NCBI GenBank assembly: GCA_043228905.1 | Contig: JBHGNT010000008.1 | Span: 10,416,001-10,480,000, forward strand | Origin: Azolla caroliniana | Lineage: Eukaryota > Plantae > Polypodiophyta | Length of the DNA stretch: 64,000 nt | Direction of reading: 5' to 3' | In this document: positions 60,601-64,000 of the stretch, piece by piece | How positions within the stretch are numbered: the stretch's first letter is position 1 | Layout of the letters: the number at the start of each line of letters is the position of its first letter | The notes under the pieces: generated by a model | Database searches by the model: none | Told to the model about the DNA's origin: nothing | Seen by the model: only the letters and a program-made list of their open reading frames with translations | Translations under genes and position numbers: made by a program

Positions 60601-61992
60601 GCCCCTCACCCTTCTTCTTTGCTGTATACAATACGACTTTTTTCTTTGAGTCGACATATTGCATACACCATTCCTTGTCCGTTAGATCTCGGTCAGGAAG
60701 GTCTTCGCCTCCAGTAGCGGCGACAAGTTTCTTTTGGCTAACATCACTATGTGGCTGAGATTTTGTCTCTTCGTTAAAGAGAAGCTTTTTTCCTCTCTTC
60801 ATGGTCTCAGGAGCTACCTTGGTCTGGGCTTCGATTGGAGAACCTTGTATGCGAAGCTTAATTTTCTTCACGGGTCGGTCCGACAGGTTCTCAAACGACC
60901 TATTTAAGAAAGTATATGCAAAAACATAAGTTAGGCAGTCACGTAGATTGAGGTTGTATATTATAATGAAGAACAGTTTCCAGGAGCAGTAACATATTCA
61001 AAAATCTATTATAGGCAGGGCTATTCAACCTAGAAAATATATATCGTAATAAGTAAAACGGGTTATATATTCTTTTAAATAGTAGGTATGACTTATATAG
61101 ATTCTAAACCTATATTGAGGAGAATTTGCCATAGTAAAGGCAATTTGTGGATCATTTTCTACTATTTTAAGCTAAAGTAGGTCATAAAACACCTATAATT
61201 AGAGCATGTATTTCTTTAAAAGTAAGTAAAGTCAACATAAAAAAGACTGATTTTGCCAGACAATTTGATATCATTTCCACCCCATAAATGATTTTTCTCT
61301 CTCAAAGCCTTCTTATATACAGGGACTCGATACGCCGTATCGAGTTCGTGTTTAAAACCTACACTTTAAACAGGAACTCGATACGCCGTATCGAGTTCAT
61401 GTATACAATACAAATATTTATACAGGAACTCGATACGGCGTATTGAGTTCGTGTTTAAAACCTACACAAAAAGAATCTCGATACGCCGTATCGAGTTCGT
61501 GTTTTAAACCTACACTATAAACAGGGACTCGATACGGCGTATCGAGTCCCTGTTTAAAGTGTAGGTTTTAAACACGAACTCGATACGGCATATCGAGTTC
61601 GTGTTTAAAGTGTAGGTTTTAAACACGAACTCGATACGCCGTATCGAGTTTGTGTTTAAAACCTACACTATAAATAGGAACTCGATACGGCGTATCGAGT
61701 TCCTTTTTAAAATTCAAACTTTAAACACGAACTCGATACGGCGTATCGAGTTCGTGTTTAAAGTGTAGGTTTTAAACACGAACTCGATACGGCGTATCGA
61801 GATTCTTTTTGAAACCTACACTTTAAACACGAACTCGATACGCCGTATCGAGTTCGTGTATAAATATTTGTATTGTATACATGAACTCGATACGGCGTAT
61901 CAAGTTCTTGAGAAATGAAACATATTTACAAAAATGTCCACAGTGTCAGAGGCCTACCTGGAGTCCTCGCGCTCGATTCTCTTTGAAGACAT
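57674..61992 (-). CDS. ParB/Srx-like domain fused to a beta-class N6-A/N4-C DNA methyltransferase; exons 61992-61958, 60899-59262, 59185-59047, 58963-58497, 58408-58116, 58026-57674; ~974 codons with one premature TAG (58143-58141)
   Basis: Five GT-AG introns with matching phases. Motifs: YFVIGGSHSAEA...EEAKLLAWDHN (ParB-like); VVCGDVIDLIQKVPKKEYTLMIADIPYG; WIKTN; NPYQKPQRLMMRLIEMFSVEGD*ILDLFSGTGTTSACALKLFRNTVALEKD. Confidence 0.88.
61323..61907. repeat. Array of 12 palindromes GAACTCGATACG-(G/C)-CGTATCGAGTTC, ~51-bp period, in intron 1
   Basis: First unit at 61323, last at 61883; AT-rich 26-27-bp spacers. Confidence 0.95.
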
Positions 61993-62135
61993 GGTTGATC
62001 GTATTGAAGTGGAGGCGGAGATCACGCTTTCGTGCTTTGTGCTCTGAGTGCTTTGTGTGCTCTGTGTGCTCTCTACGTTCTGTGTGCTCTGTACGCTCTG
62101 TACGCTCTGGTGAGTGAAATATGACGAGGTCTTCC

Positions 62136-62144
62136 TATTTATAG
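62136..62144 (-). promoter_or_regulatory. TATA box of the ParB-MTase gene
   Basis: CTATAAATA on the minus strand ~145 bp upstream of the ATG; conserved in copy 1 (28979-28987). Confidence 0.65.
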
Positions 62145-62815
62145 GGATTGAACACATTGGTTAAAGTAACCATAGTCACCTTAACCAAGGTTGGTAACAT
62201 TGAGGATAGTTAGTTGGTAACCATAGTCACATTAACTAGAGTAACTTATGATTGTATTAATGATTACAAAGTCAAACTAACATATTGATCAATCTTTTAT
62301 AGTCATAACAACCTACAATGACTTCAAAGGTTATGAAGGAGACAATGATAGAGGTTCATGAATGTACCAATGATTGATTACTAAAAGCAACAATTTTTAT
62401 GACTCTCAAATGTTATGTATTAAAGATGTGGGCATGAATTAACCAATGATTGATAAGTCTAATATTTAAAATGGTGAGCATTAAAGAACCAATGCGTGAG
62501 ACGTTCTATATCAAAATGGGCGCCATTAATTAGCCAATGATTTTAACATTAATCCAACATATTCATGGCTTGTTAATGATTAGTTTTATATTTTACTTGA
62601 TTTAACATCATTTAGATCTAGTTTATATAATGATTGATAATTTAAGTACAATTACTTTATTAAAAATAATTTTTAGATGTATTGTATTAATAGAATATTA
62701 CATAATATAGACATTCTATTGATTTGGCTTTTGTTTAGAGAGAAGTTTATGTTTAGGGAGGAGTATATGTTTAGAGAGGAGTATAACTTAGAGAGCCCTA
62801 TCTAGATCTTAAGCC

Positions 62816-64000
62816 ATGAGTGAAGATTCACCATTCTCGATTGAAGAATATTGTTTGTCATCAGATCCATCGTTTTCTACTGAAGAGTATTGTTTGTCAA
62901 CAGAGTCACCATATTCGATTGAAGAATATTGTCTGTCGACCGACTCACCATATTCTATCGAAGAATATTGTCTGAGCTCATCTACAGGGAATGTAAATAA
63001 TGACACATGTGAAGAGTTCTCTATTGAAGAATATGATATTAATAAAGATACCGAGAATGAAGGAAGTGCCCAGGAAACATTGAATAACATTGGCGATGGT
63101 CACAATAGAGAATTAGACTCTAACAAGGTTACACCAACCTCTATGCAGGAAGAGAAATCTGGGAGCCCTATGCATATTAGAAGAATCCCACGAAGAATTC
63201 GTCTGGCTAGATTTAGCTTGGTGACATCAGATAAACAGATTGGATTTGATGTCAACAAAATATGTTGTGCCCGTGGTTGTATGTCTATGATTGGAAAATC
63301 AAAGTTGCGAGAATTAAGGCGATACTATTTTTCGATGACCGGTGATGAGCAAGACACTTACCTCGGATCACATATGCAACTAGTATCTGACAAATGTACA
63401 GGGATCAAAGTATCATTCGAGTATTATATCTTCCATGCGCAACAGATATGTAGAGTTGCATTCAAAATTGCGTTATGTGTTAGTAACATGCGGCTACATA
63501 GAGTACAACAACGTCTACTTAGCGGGGATCAGATGCTCAATTGTAAAGAGGTTCCAAGTATGAAAGAGGTTCCAAGTATGAAAGGTGCAATTGGAAGACT
63601 AGTTATTGGCTGGATGAAAACTTACTTTCAGTTAAATTGTGAAGTAATGCCCACTACAGGTAGGATGCATCTTTCTGATAATTATACCCGTCGGGAAGTT
63701 TATGATGTCTATCGATCTGAAATGCTGGGCTCACGTAATAAGTCTATCACCTATAGCCAATTCACAAGATTATGGAGAGCTCGGTTTTCAAATGTTATTA
63801 TTCCTCGTAAAGTACGTATGGGGTATTGCTCTATTTGTGCAAATCTTAAAAGTTTGGCTAAAGGTGCAAAGACATCAATGGAAAAGGATACGAGTAAGAA
63901 GTTACTACAAGAGCATCGTGAGGCACAATCCTTAGAACGAAGGAAGGCGATGCATCATAGAGAGAAGTGTTTGAAGAGGCCTGAACAATACATGTGCTTA
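62816..64000 (+). CDS. Sola-like / DUF7869-type transposase, copy 2, N-terminal 395 codons, open to the window edge
   Basis: No stop from ATG 62816 to 64000 (hence absent from the ORF track). Matches copy 1 up to EQYMCL, immediately before IIDGMDQ. Confidence 0.8.
   Translation, partial: MSEDSPFSIEEYCLSSDPSFSTEEYCLSTESPYSIEEYCLSTDSPYSIEEYCLSSSTGNVNNDTCEEFSIEEYDINKDTENEGSAQETLNNIGDGHNRELDSNKVTPTSMQEEKSGSPMHIRRIPRRIRLARFSLVTSDKQIGFDVNKICCARGCMSMIGKSKLRELRRYYFSMTGDEQDTYLGSHMQLVSDKCTGIKVSFEYYIFHAQQICRVAFKIALCVSNMRLHRVQQRLLSGDQMLNCKEVPSMKEVPSMKGAIGRLVIGWMKTYFQLNCEVMPTTGRMHLSDNYTRREVYDVYRSEMLGSRNKSITYSQFTRLWRARFSNVIIPRKVRMGYCSICANLKSLAKGAKTSMEKDTSKKLLQEHREAQSLERRKAMHHREKCLKRPEQYMCL

Larger units (their letters stand above)
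56628..64000. mobile_element. DNA transposon copy 2 (left TIR, ParB-MTase gene, palindrome array, transposase running out of the window)
   Basis: Left TIR; two divergent genes colinear with copy 1. Confidence 0.88.

Noticed and set aside
61323-61907. CRISPR array (palindromic repeats with ~26-bp spacers)
   Set aside because: Spacers are copies or reverse complements of one another, there are no cas genes, and the array lies in a spliceosomal intron.
57674-61992. Bacterial or phage contamination as the source of the ParB-MTase
   Set aside because: The gene has five GT-AG introns and a TATA box, occurs twice, is interrupted by plant LTR elements and sits next to a spliced plant gene.

Overview
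Eukaryotic nuclear DNA, very probably from a non-seed land plant such as a fern or lycophyte (inferred from tRNA-Trp-primed Ty3/gypsy elements with 4-bp TSDs, Tcn1-like chromovirus remnants and a plant-type TMEM256 gene). Most of the window is nested, degenerate LTR retrotransposons (Ty1/copia, Ty3/gypsy) and LINE debris. There is one host gene, a 5-exon TMEM256/DUF423 homolog (51389-55049). The main result is two copies (26201-39758, disrupted; 56628 to beyond 64000, nearly intact) of an estimated ~9 kb DNA transposon with 34-bp TIRs and two divergent genes. One gene is a Sola-like/DUF7869-type DDD transposase. The other is a 6-exon, ~974-codon gene fusing a ParB/Srx-like domain to a prokaryote-type beta-class N6-adenine/N4-cytosine DNA methyltransferase (DIPY ... 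NPYQKP ... LDLFSGTGTT). Intron 1 of that gene holds 9-12 copies of a 25-bp palindrome (GAACTCGATACG-N-CGTATCGAGTTC) at ~51-bp spacing, which resembles a parS-like binding array. All calls come from manual reading; no database searches were run.
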